A stretch of DNA of 64,000 bases, taken from Candidatus Enterousia sp. (lineage in GTDB: Bacteria > Pseudomonadota > Alphaproteobacteria > Rs-D84). Location of the stretch: positions 32,523 through 96,522 of the forward strand of contig JAZOTB010000002.1 of the NCBI GenBank assembly GCA_045657405.1. Reading direction: 5' to 3'. Below the pieces are notes generated by a model. The model ran no database searches. It worked only from the letters and a program-made list of their open reading frames with translations, and was not told the origin of the DNA. Both the position numbers and the translations under genes were made by a program. Of this stretch, positions 8,821 through 19,113 are shown in pieces. Every line of letters starts with the position of its first letter. Position 1 is the stretch's first letter.

Positions 8821-10983
8821 TTATTTCTTGGTTTCTTCGCCTGTTTTCTGGTCAATACCAACCATAGACATACGTGTTTTACCACGTTTATCTGCACCCA
8901 AGAAACGAACGTAAACAGTATCGCCTTCTTTGATTTTTGTATCTTCAATTTTTGCAATACGTTCGCCAGTGATTTCAGAGATATGAACCATTGCTTCAAA
9001 TCCGTTCATGATTTTTACAAACAAACCAAAGTCTTTCATACCAGATACTGTACCTTTGTAAATTTGTCCAACTTCTGGTTCTGCGACGATATCTTTGATG
9101 CGAGCAATCGCATTATCTGCATCTTCTTTGGAAACCGCCATAATTTTTACAGTACCATCATCTTCCAAATCAATGATTGTATTTGTTTCACGAACCAAAG
9201 CTTGGATAACACTGCCACCCTTGCCGATAACTTCGCGAACTTTGTCCGGATTAATTTTCATTGTATATGTTTGTGGTGCATATTCAGACAATTTTGCACG
9301 AGGCTTTTTAATAGCCTTTTCAATTTTGCCCAAGATATGCATACGGCCATCTTTTGCCTGAGCCAATGCACGTTCCATAATTTCAAATGTGATAGAAGTA
9401 ATTTTAATATCCATTTGTAATGCTGTAACACCTTGGTCTGTACCAGTTACCTTAAAGTCCATATCGCCCAAGTGATCTTCGTCACCCAAAATGTCTGTCA
9501 AAATTGCATAATCATCACCTTCTTTTATCAGCCCCATCGCGATACCTGCAACTGGGCGTTTCATTGGAACACCACCGTCCATCATCGCCAATGTTGCACC
9601 GCATGTCGTTGCCATTGACGAAGAACCGTTTGATTCCAAGATATCAGACACAATACGAATTACATAATCAAATTCGCTGCGTGATGGTACCATTGGATGA
9701 ACAGCACGCCATGCCAAATTACCATGACCAATTTCACGACGACCAGGAGATTTCAAACCTTTGCATTCACCAACAGAATATCCTGGGAAGTTATAATTCA
9801 AAATAAAGTCACGTTCTTCAGCACCATCCAACGATTCAATTGGCAAAGCATCTTTACCACCACCCAATGTCAATGATACCAACGCCTGTGTTTCACCACG
9901 TGTAAACAACGCAGAACCATGTGCGCGTGGCAGTACACCTAATTCAATTTCAATTGGGCGAACTGTTTTATTATCACGACCATCAATACGTGGTTTACCA
10001 GCCAAGATATTGCTACGCATAATACGTGCAGTCAGATTTTCAATAACTTCGTCTGCCCATGATTCCAATGTTGATGTTGCACGTTCAGATTCTGGGAACA
10101 ATTCTGGAATTCGCGCCTTGGCAGCAGCATGAATTGATGCCAATGTTTCCAAGCGAACCAACTTTTCTTTGATTTGCAAAGCAGATTCAATATCACCCGC
10201 AAAACTTTCAAAGTTTTCTTCCATTGTAATTTGTTCTGCTGTCTTTTCTGGTGTTGCCCAACGTTCTTTTCCAGCCTTTTCTGCCAATTCATTAATTGCA
10301 GCAATAACGGATTGTTGTGCATCAAAACCGAATTTAACACCACCTAATACAGTTGCTTCGTCCAATTCACCAATTTCAGATTCAACCATCAATACACCAT
10401 CTTTTGTTGCAGCAACAACCACATCCATTTCTGATTCTTCAACCGCTTTTTTAGATGGATTCAAGATATATTGGCCATCTGCAAAACCAACACGTGCAGC
10501 ACCAATTGGTCCCTGGAAAGGAACGCCACTTAATGCCAATGCTGCTGATGATGCAATCATAGCCAAAATATCAGGCTGATTCTTTTTATCATATGAAAAT
10601 ACCTGTGCAATAATTTGAACTTTGTTCTTGAATGTTTCTGGGAACAAAGGACGAATTGGTCGGTCAATCAAACGAGCAATTAATGTTTCTGCTGTTGATG
10701 CCTTGCCTTCGCGTCTGTCACGCGAACCAGGGATACGACCTGCAGATGCAAATTTTTCTTGATAATCAACAGTTAGCGGAAAGAAATCTTGTCCTTCTAC
10801 TGCTGCTTTTTCTGCACATACAGTTGCTAAAACCATTGTGCCGCCCATTGTTGCTAAAACAGAACCATTTGCCTGTTTTGCCATACGACCTGTTTCTAGG
10901 CGCAATATTTCATCACCATATTGCATTTCAACTGTAACAGGATTATTTAATTTAGCGTCTTTTTTGAATAAGCCAAATACCAT
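8821..10983 (-). CDS. pnp: polyribonucleotide nucleotidyltransferase (PNPase)
   Basis: 720 aa. Two RNase PH-like domains, then KH (INPDKVREVIGKGGSVIQAL) and S1 (GQIYKGTVSGMKDFGLFV) domains. Confidence 0.95.
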   Translation of the reverse strand: MVFGLFKKDAKLNNPVTVEMQYGDEILRLETGRMAKQANGSVLATMGGTMVLATVCAEKAAVEGQDFFPLTVDYQEKFASAGRIPGSRDRREGKASTAETLIARLIDRPIRPLFPETFKNKVQIIAQVFSYDKKNQPDILAMIASSAALALSGVPFQGPIGAARVGFADGQYILNPSKKAVEESEMDVVVAATKDGVLMVESEIGELDEATVLGGVKFGFDAQQSVIAAINELAEKAGKERWATPEKTAEQITMEENFESFAGDIESALQIKEKLVRLETLASIHAAAKARIPELFPESERATSTLESWADEVIENLTARIMRSNILAGKPRIDGRDNKTVRPIEIELGVLPRAHGSALFTRGETQALVSLTLGGGKDALPIESLDGAEERDFILNYNFPGYSVGECKGLKSPGRREIGHGNLAWRAVHPMVPSRSEFDYVIRIVSDILESNGSSSMATTCGATLAMMDGGVPMKRPVAGIAMGLIKEGDDYAILTDILGDEDHLGDMDFKVTGTDQGVTALQMDIKITSITFEIMERALAQAKDGRMHILGKIEKAIKKPRAKLSEYAPQTYTMKINPDKVREVIGKGGSVIQALVRETNTIIDLEDDGTVKIMAVSKEDADNAIARIKDIVAEPEVGQIYKGTVSGMKDFGLFVKIMNGFEAMVHISEITGERIAKIEDTKIKEGDTVYVRFLGADKRGKTRMSMVGIDQKTGEETKK

Positions 10984-11170
10984 TTATTTTCTCCATATTT
11001 TTTCTATTACTTTTTCGCGAAGAAAAATCATTCGTTTCTGTACCCTATGACAGATACACAAAAGAACAATTTCATCTTCGCCCCATGGATTATAAAACAT
11101 ATTTATCGCTTTGCAAATAAAATCAGTATAAATCTATTAAATTTATGCTATAATTAAAGGGTTTTCGGAG

Positions 11171-12943
11171 GTGTCGCCTATGAAATTTCCATCCAGCGTT
11201 TTAGGGTTTTATATTAAGAATTTTTGGCGTTATTGCGGTACCATTGCACTGTTATATTCTGTACTGGCCATAATTGACGTTTTTGGCACAAATTTGTTAC
11301 CTGCATTTGCTTTAAGCGAAACTGTAAATGCTATTGAATCAAATCCAAAAGACATGGTTTTTAACGCTGTTCTTGATGTTGCCATTATCTATTTCATACT
11401 GCGCGGAATTCAATGGTTTGCATCTTTGTTACGTTGGTATGTTTTTGACTCCTTAATCAAATACAAATCATATAATAAAATATCGTCCGATTTATATGAT
11501 TATGTATTTAAGCAAAGCACAGAATTTTATATATCATCAATGCCAGGAAAAATCGCCAGTCAAATTCATCAAATCGCAGAATCATTCTATGAAACAGTTG
11601 AATTAGTATTTGGAACATCTATGGGTGTAATCGCTGCGTTTTGCATATCTGCATCTGGATTATTTGCCATCGGATGGCAATATTTGCTGATAATCACAAT
11701 TGCAGTGGCATTTCGCGTTATATGGGGTGTAATTACTGTTAAAAATGCACTAAAAAAATCAGCCATTTCAGCAGCATCATTGAACACATTACAAGGTCGC
11801 TTATTAGATGCATTGTCTAATTTTCCAGTCGTAAAAATGTTCGCACAAGCAAAATATGAACAAGATTTTGCACAACCTATACGAAAAAAATATCAAAAAG
11901 ATGCATGCAATGCACATTTCTGGTCGCGTTTCTTTTGGGCACCTGGAAATTTAGTTATGGACACAATCTGCTTTACTGCATTTATAATTTTGTCGGGATA
12001 TATGTACACAATTGGCAAATCAACCGTCGCAGAAATTTCCTTTGCTTTGGCAATATTTGTTGCAATCAGTGGCATTGCATTTAATTTGATTATGACTATA
12101 AAAAACTTTACCCAACGTTGGGGAAACGCTGTCGGATCTTATAACGCTTTAATAAAACCAATTTCCGTTCAAGATTGTGAAAATGCAACCGAACTGAATA
12201 TAAAAAACGCAGTCATAGACATAAAAAATCTATCATTTAAATACAATAAAAAATTTATCTTAAAAAACTTTAATTTGAAAATCACAGCAGGTGAAAAAAT
12301 TGGACTGGTCGGACTTAGCGGCGCAGGAAAAACCACACTAGTCAACTTAATTATGCGTATATATGATGTAACCAGCGGTCAAATAACCATAGATAACCAA
12401 GATATAAAATACGTAACTCAAGATTCTTTACGTAAAAATATTGCTTTTATCCCCCAAGAACCAACGATGTTCAACAGAACATTAAACGAAAACATCGCAT
12501 ACAGCAAACCTGATGCCACACAAAGCGAAATTATATCTGCTGCAAAAAACGCATCTGCACACAAGTTTATTTGCGAAACAAACGATGGGTACAATACATT
12601 AGTTGGTGATCGTGGAATAAAACTGTCTGGCGGTCAAAGACAAAGAATAGCAATTGCACGCGCGTTTTTGAAAAACAGCCCTATTCTGATTTTAGACGAA
12701 GCGACCGCTGCACTTGATTCAGAAACCGAAAATATTATTCAAAAATCCTTTCAAAAACTATCCCATAATCGTACGACAATTGTCATCGCACACAGATTAT
12801 CAACACTAAAAAACATGGACAGAATCATTGTCCTGAACAAAGGGAAAATAATAGAAAGTGGTTCACATTATCAACTGCTAAAAAACAAAAAAACATATTC
12901 AAAATTATGGAAAATGCAATTTGGTGGTTTTATACAAGAATAA
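11171..12943 (+). CDS. ABC transporter, fused permease/ATP-binding protein (MsbA-like exporter architecture)
   Basis: N-terminal 6-TM region, then Walker A GLSGAGKTT, signature LSGGQRQR and Walker B ILILDEAT. The track start is GTG 11171; ATG 11180 is an alternative. Confidence 0.85.
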   Translation: MSPMKFPSSVLGFYIKNFWRYCGTIALLYSVLAIIDVFGTNLLPAFALSETVNAIESNPKDMVFNAVLDVAIIYFILRGIQWFASLLRWYVFDSLIKYKSYNKISSDLYDYVFKQSTEFYISSMPGKIASQIHQIAESFYETVELVFGTSMGVIAAFCISASGLFAIGWQYLLIITIAVAFRVIWGVITVKNALKKSAISAASLNTLQGRLLDALSNFPVVKMFAQAKYEQDFAQPIRKKYQKDACNAHFWSRFFWAPGNLVMDTICFTAFIILSGYMYTIGKSTVAEISFALAIFVAISGIAFNLIMTIKNFTQRWGNAVGSYNALIKPISVQDCENATELNIKNAVIDIKNLSFKYNKKFILKNFNLKITAGEKIGLVGLSGAGKTTLVNLIMRIYDVTSGQITIDNQDIKYVTQDSLRKNIAFIPQEPTMFNRTLNENIAYSKPDATQSEIISAAKNASAHKFICETNDGYNTLVGDRGIKLSGGQRQRIAIARAFLKNSPILILDEATAALDSETENIIQKSFQKLSHNRTTIVIAHRLSTLKNMDRIIVLNKGKIIESGSHYQLLKNKKTYSKLWKMQFGGFIQE

Positions 12944-12970
12944 AAAAACGCCCAACTGGGCGTTTTTTTT
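12942..12970. terminator. bidirectional intrinsic terminator
   Basis: A7, CGCC-caactg-GGCG, T8, between convergent genes. Confidence 0.7.
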
Positions 12971-12983
12971 ATAAGACGGATAT

Positions 12984-13991
12984 TTACTGTTCAATATTAT
13001 TGTTTAATTCAACAATCAGATTTTCTAGTCTGGTTGCTGTTTCTGTATCGTTTAATGCAACAGCAATTGCATACGCAGATTCAAGGTCACTGCGTGCAGA
13101 TATTGCATTACCAGATTGTAAATTCAAAGCAGCAGACTTTTCAAAATATCCCATTGCTTTGTTAGACAAAGATTCGCGCGCTTCCATTGTTTGTGCACCT
13201 TGGATTTGTTCCGATATTACACGAACAGCAGAAGAATAGTCATTAATCGCTTCGGCAAATTTACCTAATGCAGTATACGCTTCGGCACGATCTGCATAAA
13301 CAACAGGATCAACTGTTCCTTCTGGTCTAGCCAATGAATTAGTAAAGTCAGCAATAGCACCTTCCCAATTCTTTAACCACAAATTTAACTGTCCACGTTT
13401 CGCATACAAATCACGCATTTGTAATATTGCACTTGGGTTTGTTGCACTTGCAGCCAGCGCATTATTAATATCATTCATTGCAGCATCATAATCTTCTAAT
13501 CTAGAATTTAATAAATAACGATCATAATACGCAACTGGGTTTGCAGGATTTTTGATCAACGCATCATTGTAATCAGACATTGCAGCCGCATAATTACCAG
13601 CTTGCATATATGCTTCGCCACGCAAGATATATGTATCAACAGATGCTACACCTGTGTCAATTGCAGCAGTCAAATCAACAATTGCATCGTCAATATTACC
13701 TGATGCCAGTTTATTTCGACCACTGTCATAATAATCGCCAGACTGTAACAATATTTCTTCTGTGATTTCAATATTAGCAGGTGTTGTTTGTACGTTATGA
13801 CTGCGACCTAAGATATAAAATGTTGCAGCAATAAAGAACAAAATTATAAACCAATATACATATATAGACAACGACCATGGATTAAAACATGGTTTGCTTT
13901 TAGTGTCTTTTATACTTGATTTAGATGCAACAGGACGTACGTTTGCCTGAGTTTTCTTGATATTTGTTTTTTTGACAGATGTTTTTTTCAT
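12984..13991 (-). CDS. membrane-anchored TPR repeat protein
   Basis: Lys-rich N-tail, one TM helix (YVYWFIILFFIAATFYIL), then repeated A..DY..A(L/I)..(N/D)P TPR motifs. Confidence 0.7.
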   Translation of the reverse strand: MKKTSVKKTNIKKTQANVRPVASKSSIKDTKSKPCFNPWSLSIYVYWFIILFFIAATFYILGRSHNVQTTPANIEITEEILLQSGDYYDSGRNKLASGNIDDAIVDLTAAIDTGVASVDTYILRGEAYMQAGNYAAAMSDYNDALIKNPANPVAYYDRYLLNSRLEDYDAAMNDINNALAASATNPSAILQMRDLYAKRGQLNLWLKNWEGAIADFTNSLARPEGTVDPVVYADRAEAYTALGKFAEAINDYSSAVRVISEQIQGAQTMEARESLSNKAMGYFEKSAALNLQSGNAISARSDLESAYAIAVALNDTETATRLENLIVELNNNIEQ

Positions 13992-14020
13992 ATCACGTCT
14001 CCCTTCCTTTTAATGAAATA

Positions 14021-14719
14021 TTAAAGAGATTTTAACATTTCGTCAATTGTTTTCTGTGGAACTGGTAAAATTTTCCCAACGGGTAATTTTTTTAACTTTA
14101 TATTACCAAACGAAACCCGATGTAATTTATGCACAGGACAGCCACACGCAGCCAACACTATTCTTACTTCATTCTTTTTTCCTTCGCATATTGAAACGCG
14201 TAAATTATGTCCACCAATACAATCTATTTTCATTGGCGAATACGATATTCCATCAACAGTAATTCCTTTGCGGGCCATATCAAGACCAGAAAAATCTTTA
14301 CATGAAACAGTTGCAATATATGTGCGTGGAATCTTGGATGATGGCAAAGTTAATTTTCGCGCCAATTCACCATCATTAGTTAGCAATAATAAACCTGTGG
14401 TCTTGAAATCAAGGCGCCCAACATATTTCAAATTCTTATATTCTTCGGGCAAACAATCATAAATTGTTTTACGTCCTTGGGGATCCAAAGTAGTTGTCAT
14501 TGTATTTATGGGTTTGTGAAACATATATAATTGTAAACCATGCTTTTGTTTAATTTGACGACCATTAACTTCTATGACATCAGATTCTTCTACAAAAAAC
14601 ACAGGTGTATTAACTACGTTACCGTTAACACGCACCAACCCAAGAGAAATTAATTCTTCGGCACCACGACGCGATGCGACACCAGAATCTGCAATAACTT
14701 TTGAAATTCTAGTTCCCAT
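14021..14719 (-). CDS. rRNA pseudouridine synthase (RsuA/RluB family)
   Basis: N-terminal S4 domain (ISKVIADSGVASRRGAEELI..G.V.VNG) and catalytic motif GRLDFKTTGLLLLTNDGEL. Confidence 0.85.
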   Translation of the reverse strand: MGTRISKVIADSGVASRRGAEELISLGLVRVNGNVVNTPVFFVEESDVIEVNGRQIKQKHGLQLYMFHKPINTMTTTLDPQGRKTIYDCLPEEYKNLKYVGRLDFKTTGLLLLTNDGELARKLTLPSSKIPRTYIATVSCKDFSGLDMARKGITVDGISYSPMKIDCIGGHNLRVSICEGKKNEVRIVLAACGCPVHKLHRVSFGNIKLKKLPVGKILPVPQKTIDEMLKSL

Positions 14720-15374
14720 TGTTTAACACCTTTGCAACAGCGATAGATGCGGCCAATTCTGCACGCAAAATTGTTTTTCCCAAAGATATACCTATTGCAC
14801 CAGCCTTGTCCAATGCGACAAATTCAGATTCTGAAAAACCACCTTCGGGACCAATCAAAACCGAATCAAAATTTCCAGAATTCAAATTCATTTCCCTACC
14901 ATAAGCCGCACGTTCATCAGCAAAAACAACACCAGATAAACTAAGTTCTGAAAATTTAATCGGATTTTTTATTTCCGGAACTGTATTACGGTTTGACTGC
15001 TCTGACGCCTCTATTACTATTTTTTTCATACGATCCCAATTTATATGATTGGAATTTGTACGCTCTGTAATTACGGGTTGAAAGCATGCAACACCCATTT
15101 GGGTTGCCATATTCAATAAGTCATCTGTTCTTTTTATTGGCGCAAACATTAAAGTAATACTGTTTGATGGATCTGAATGCGCTGTCCGTTCACCAATGAT
15201 TAAATATTTTTTATCGTCTGATAATTGCGCCTTGTATTCATTCCCATCACCAAATACCAAACAACTGTCTGTACGCATAACGCGAGTTAAATAGTGCATA
15301 ACATCACGTTCCAGTAAAATCTGAGCACCCGGCACAATATTTTTACCTATAAAAATTCTTGGAATATTTTTCAT
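14709..15374 (-). CDS. rsmE: 16S rRNA (uracil1498-N3)-methyltransferase
   Basis: RsmE pattern: PRIF........L.....HYL..V.R at the N-terminus and C-terminal IGPEGGFSE.E......G.....LG..ILRAE.A. Confidence 0.8.
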   Translation of the reverse strand: MKNIPRIFIGKNIVPGAQILLERDVMHYLTRVMRTDSCLVFGDGNEYKAQLSDDKKYLIIGERTAHSDPSNSITLMFAPIKRTDDLLNMATQMGVACFQPVITERTNSNHINWDRMKKIVIEASEQSNRNTVPEIKNPIKFSELSLSGVVFADERAAYGREMNLNSGNFDSVLIGPEGGFSESEFVALDKAGAIGISLGKTILRAELAASIAVAKVLNNGN

Positions 15375-15411
15375 ATTTTTATAATTCCTGATTTATAAAT
15401 TACGTTTTTTC

Positions 15412-15420
15412 TGATATAAT
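15412..15420 (+). promoter_or_regulatory. extended -10 element TGATATAAT, 9 nt upstream of the virD4-like ATG
   Basis: TG-a-TATAAT at 15412..15420. No SD between it and ATG 15430. Confidence 0.4.
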
Positions 15421-15429
15421 ATTAACACC

Positions 15430-17670
15430 ATGGCAACTAAATTCAACTTTTTATCAGCATCTGGCAAAGGAAAAGGGTTAAGTATTTTCCGATCCAGCGC
15501 ATACAAAGAACACGAACAAACACCACTAGCGCGTGAATTTTGGTCTATTCGTTGGACTATTTATATTTGGTTAATCGCTGCGCTGATGGTTGCGATGTCT
15601 TTTCCAGTGGAACATATTTGGCGTTACGGGTGGTCACCTGCAACAAAGCAATGGATATCAATATATCTTTATCATGCAATTCATTCTTGTGGCTTATCTG
15701 TTGTCGCAGAAATTCCTTATTGGATTACACGCTGTGTATCACGACCAGATTGGGCATGCATTACACCTTTGTTGCCTATTATTGGATATTATTTTCTGTC
15801 AGATGCAACAATGACAGATGAATTTAATCCGCATTCCAAGGATAAATTTGACGAAAAATCTTCACGCAAGGCAAATGCGGATGACATCAAAAAGATGGGC
15901 GCAGACTATAAAAATAAAGACGGATTATTCAAAGGCTTTATGATGGTGCTTGGACATTTCAAAAACAAACCTTTGAAAATGGATGAAACATTATCTGCAT
16001 TACTGTTGGCACCCGCAGGCACCGGTAAAACACAAGGTGTCGTTATTCCAACAATCTTAGGTTGTGACAATGTTTCTATGATCATCAACGACCCTAAACC
16101 AGAACTAGACAGGGACACATCTGCATATCGTGCAACTGTGGGGCCTGTGTTTATTATGAATTGGGCAGCACGTGACGAACCAGAAAAAGGCATTTATTAC
16201 CCTGCTTGGAACCCATTATCGCCAGAAAATTTGCCAGATAATGCAGAAGAAAAAAGCACTTATATCCAAGTAATAGTTAATTCTATTATTGAAGAAAACG
16301 CCAAAGACCCACACTGGTCAAATACTGCGCGCGCTGCATTAACGGGATTTATAAACTTTATTGTATCCAAAGTTGAACGTGCCAAGGCAAACGACTATTT
16401 CTATCACAGATTAAAAACAGGTACATTTGATTCCCAAGATGCAACTGTATTGATGGATTATTATATGACGATGACATCCGACCCAAATGCATATGCAGCG
16501 ATGTCATTATTGCAACGCGGACAATTAAATATAAATAACTATGTACATGTTGGTACGTGGGGCGGTTTGCCATCAGAATGGCATGGTGGCGAAGCTTCTA
16601 TACCAATGTTCTTGGCATGGTACGTAGAAGGACAAATAAAAGTCGCCAATGAAATAGAAGAACGCAAACGCCAAGGAGATCAAATGGTCATGATGGCCGA
16701 TCCTATGAAGGACTTTTTAACGACTGCAATAAACGAAGCGCGCCTTTATTCTTATGACAATGATGCTATATCTGCTTTGATTAATTTATCTAATACACCA
16801 GACAAAGAACGCGGTTCTGTAATATCAACAATGAACGCAGGGCTGAACATATTCCGTCACCCAGCGGTAAACAAACATACACGACATTCCGATATACACT
16901 TTACAGATGTTCGCGGTATGATTGACCCAACTGACGGAAAAATGAAGCCTATTACTATATATCTATCTATGAACGTTGCAGATGCACCCGCATTTAGCCC
17001 GATTACAAGTATGTTTATTGAATTGCTGTCCAAGTTTTTGATTGCAAACCCACCAGAAAAAATAAACCACGGTCAAAAACTGGGACCTTACCCTGCCCTG
17101 TTCGTATTAGACGAAATGCCAACAATGAATAAACTAGAAGCCATTATCCAAGGGCCTGCGGTCGGACGTGGACAAAAAGTATCATATCTGATTGTCGGTC
17201 AGGACATTAGCCAGATTGCTGAAAAATATGGAGACAAGGCCGCAGATACAATTATTGCAAATACCGCTGCAAAGGTTATCCTTCGCGTAAACGACCCTGC
17301 AACCGCAGAACGATTTACACGAATGATTGGAAAAAAGAAAACCAAGAAAAAAGAAAAAGGCCCAGATGGCAAAGACGTAGAGGTTGAAAAAGAAGAAGAT
17401 TTGTTCAGTCCGATGGACTTAATGACACTACCAAAAGCCAAACAAATTGTGTTGATGCAAGGTTATTACAATCGCCCAATAGAAGCAGATGGCGAATGGC
17501 ATTTTTATCGCAAAAACGCTGTACAAATTGCTTTGAACGACAAAGTAAAAATGGGTCGTGCATCACCAATTCCAGAATATTTAATACCAAAACATCATCG
17601 TGCACTACGATACGAAGGAACACCAAAAGTGTACGACCAAAAAACAAAAAAGATAAAAGAGTTAGCATAA
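15430..17670 (+). CDS. virD4: type IV secretion coupling protein (VirD4/TraG family ATPase)
   Basis: 746 aa. N-terminal TM helices, Walker A LLAPAGTGKTQGVVIPT, Walker B-like ALFVLDEMPTM, Lys/Glu-rich C-terminal segment. The overall TraG/VirD4 layout is present. Confidence 0.8.
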   Translation: MATKFNFLSASGKGKGLSIFRSSAYKEHEQTPLAREFWSIRWTIYIWLIAALMVAMSFPVEHIWRYGWSPATKQWISIYLYHAIHSCGLSVVAEIPYWITRCVSRPDWACITPLLPIIGYYFLSDATMTDEFNPHSKDKFDEKSSRKANADDIKKMGADYKNKDGLFKGFMMVLGHFKNKPLKMDETLSALLLAPAGTGKTQGVVIPTILGCDNVSMIINDPKPELDRDTSAYRATVGPVFIMNWAARDEPEKGIYYPAWNPLSPENLPDNAEEKSTYIQVIVNSIIEENAKDPHWSNTARAALTGFINFIVSKVERAKANDYFYHRLKTGTFDSQDATVLMDYYMTMTSDPNAYAAMSLLQRGQLNINNYVHVGTWGGLPSEWHGGEASIPMFLAWYVEGQIKVANEIEERKRQGDQMVMMADPMKDFLTTAINEARLYSYDNDAISALINLSNTPDKERGSVISTMNAGLNIFRHPAVNKHTRHSDIHFTDVRGMIDPTDGKMKPITIYLSMNVADAPAFSPITSMFIELLSKFLIANPPEKINHGQKLGPYPALFVLDEMPTMNKLEAIIQGPAVGRGQKVSYLIVGQDISQIAEKYGDKAADTIIANTAAKVILRVNDPATAERFTRMIGKKKTKKKEKGPDGKDVEVEKEEDLFSPMDLMTLPKAKQIVLMQGYYNRPIEADGEWHFYRKNAVQIALNDKVKMGRASPIPEYLIPKHHRALRYEGTPKVYDQKTKKIKELA

Positions 17671-17671
17671 T

Positions 17672-17698
17672 AAAAATCCCCAAACTGGGGATTTTTTA
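17672..17698. terminator. bidirectional intrinsic terminator
   Basis: ATCCCC-aaact-GGGGAT with flanking A5 and T6, between convergent virD4 and infC. Confidence 0.7.
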
Positions 17699-18244
17699 TT
17701 TCACAGGCGCAATGATAATTGACTTGGTTCTTTCGTCTGGCTTTGACTTAGATTCCATATTACCCTTGTCACCAACAATTTCCATTACACGCGCAAACAA
17801 CTCTGGTACAGCGTCTTTTCCACGTGCAAGTACTTTCTTGGAACCTTTGGTCATAACAGATATTTTTACCTTGTTACCTTCGCCTAAAAATTCAAATACT
17901 TTTTTTAATTTGATATTCAAATCATTTTCTTCAATAAAAGGCTTTATCCAAACTTCCTTTAATTCCGTTGTTTTTTGATTTTTCTTCGCCTCTGATGCAC
18001 GTTTTTTCTGTTCATACTTGAATTTACCATAATCCATTATTTTTACAATTGGAACAGGCATATTGGCATTCATTTCAACCAAATCAAGCCCATCATCAGA
18101 CGCAATCTGTAACGCCTGAACAATAGGCATAACACCCAAGTTTTGACCATTAGAACTGATTACTTGAACAGTTTTAGCCGTTATACGATTATTCATACGT
18201 GGTCCCATATCACGACGGTTATCACGATTAAATGCAGGTTTAAT
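17696..18244 (-). CDS. infC: translation initiation factor IF-3, probable ATT start
   Basis: Track ORF begins at ATG 18208. The frame stays open up to 18259, and AAGGAG (18256..18251) sits 6 nt before ATT 18244..18242. The extension IKPAFNRDNRRD aligns with the basic N-terminus of IF3. No SD precedes the ATG. Confidence 0.85.
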   Translation of the reverse strand: MKPAFNRDNRRDMGPRMNNRITAKTVQVISSNGQNLGVMPIVQALQIASDDGLDLVEMNANMPVPIVKIMDYGKFKYEQKKRASEAKKNQKTTELKEVWIKPFIEENDLNIKLKKVFEFLGEGNKVKISVMTKGSKKVLARGKDAVPELFARVMEIVGDKGNMESKSKPDERTKSIIIAPVK

Positions 18245-18283
18245 GTTACGCTCCTTTGTTTAGCATGTGGAAATTATTAACAA

Positions 18284-19036
18284 TTATTCCAGATTTTTCA
18301 AGATATTTTGAACATTTTGTAATGCGGCCCAAACATCACGCTTGGCAACCGGTTTTAACAACAAATAGTTTGGATGAAATATTGGTATAAACCTTACACC
18401 ATTTTCCATGTCTATTTGAACCCCATGCGATTTAGCAAGATTAACTCCGCCATATTCTGTTGCAGGTAATGTACCCAAAGACAAAATTACACTTGGTTTT
18501 ATTAAATCTATGGCCTTATCAACAAAAGGACGCGATAAATCTAATTCATCTCGCGATGGTGTACGCCCCCCAGGAGTACGCCAAAATAACATTGGTACAA
18601 TAGATACTTCTTTGCGAGACAAACCAATTGCAGACAGCATCTTGTCCATCAGTTCCCCTGACGCACCACTTAATAAAACACCAGACATATCATCATCTGC
18701 ACCTGGAATATCCGTTAGGATTAATAGTTTTCCATTACCAACATGCGGCAAAACAGTATTAGCAACCGTACTGCGCAATGGATGATTAAATTCACTAATC
18801 ATACGTTTTAACGAATCTATATCCATTGGACGTGCCGCCATTGAACGAACAGTATCAATAGACATCATTTGTGTCGGGGCAATTGGAGGCACAACACAAG
18901 CAGCACTATCAACAGATGGCGCAACACTTGTTTTTTCGTTTTTATCAGCACTTTGTTTTGCTATAACCGTTGGAATTTCTGATAATTCCCACTTGACCCC
19001 AGCCAGCACTAAATCGCGCAACTCACTACTAGACAT
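18284..19036 (-). CDS. uracil-DNA glycosylase superfamily protein (family 4-like) with N-terminal extension
   Basis: Core LLILTDIPGADDD..G.LLSGASGELMDKML and ...HP..LL match the UDG family 4-like fold motifs. There is no obvious Fe-S Cys cluster. Confidence 0.7.
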   Translation of the reverse strand: MSSSELRDLVLAGVKWELSEIPTVIAKQSADKNEKTSVAPSVDSAACVVPPIAPTQMMSIDTVRSMAARPMDIDSLKRMISEFNHPLRSTVANTVLPHVGNGKLLILTDIPGADDDMSGVLLSGASGELMDKMLSAIGLSRKEVSIVPMLFWRTPGGRTPSRDELDLSRPFVDKAIDLIKPSVILSLGTLPATEYGGVNLAKSHGVQIDMENGVRFIPIFHPNYLLLKPVAKRDVWAALQNVQNILKNLE

Positions 19037-19113
19037 ATCTATTTTTCCTTGATTTGCTTTAATTTTTATTATAGACTATAACACGAGCAACAGAAACTCA
19101 AGGGAGTATTTTC

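Noticed and set aside
8731-9420. 229-aa ORF on the + strand inside pnp
   Set aside because: It is a shadow ORF antisense to PNPase, with Phe/Cys/Asn-rich low-complexity translation.
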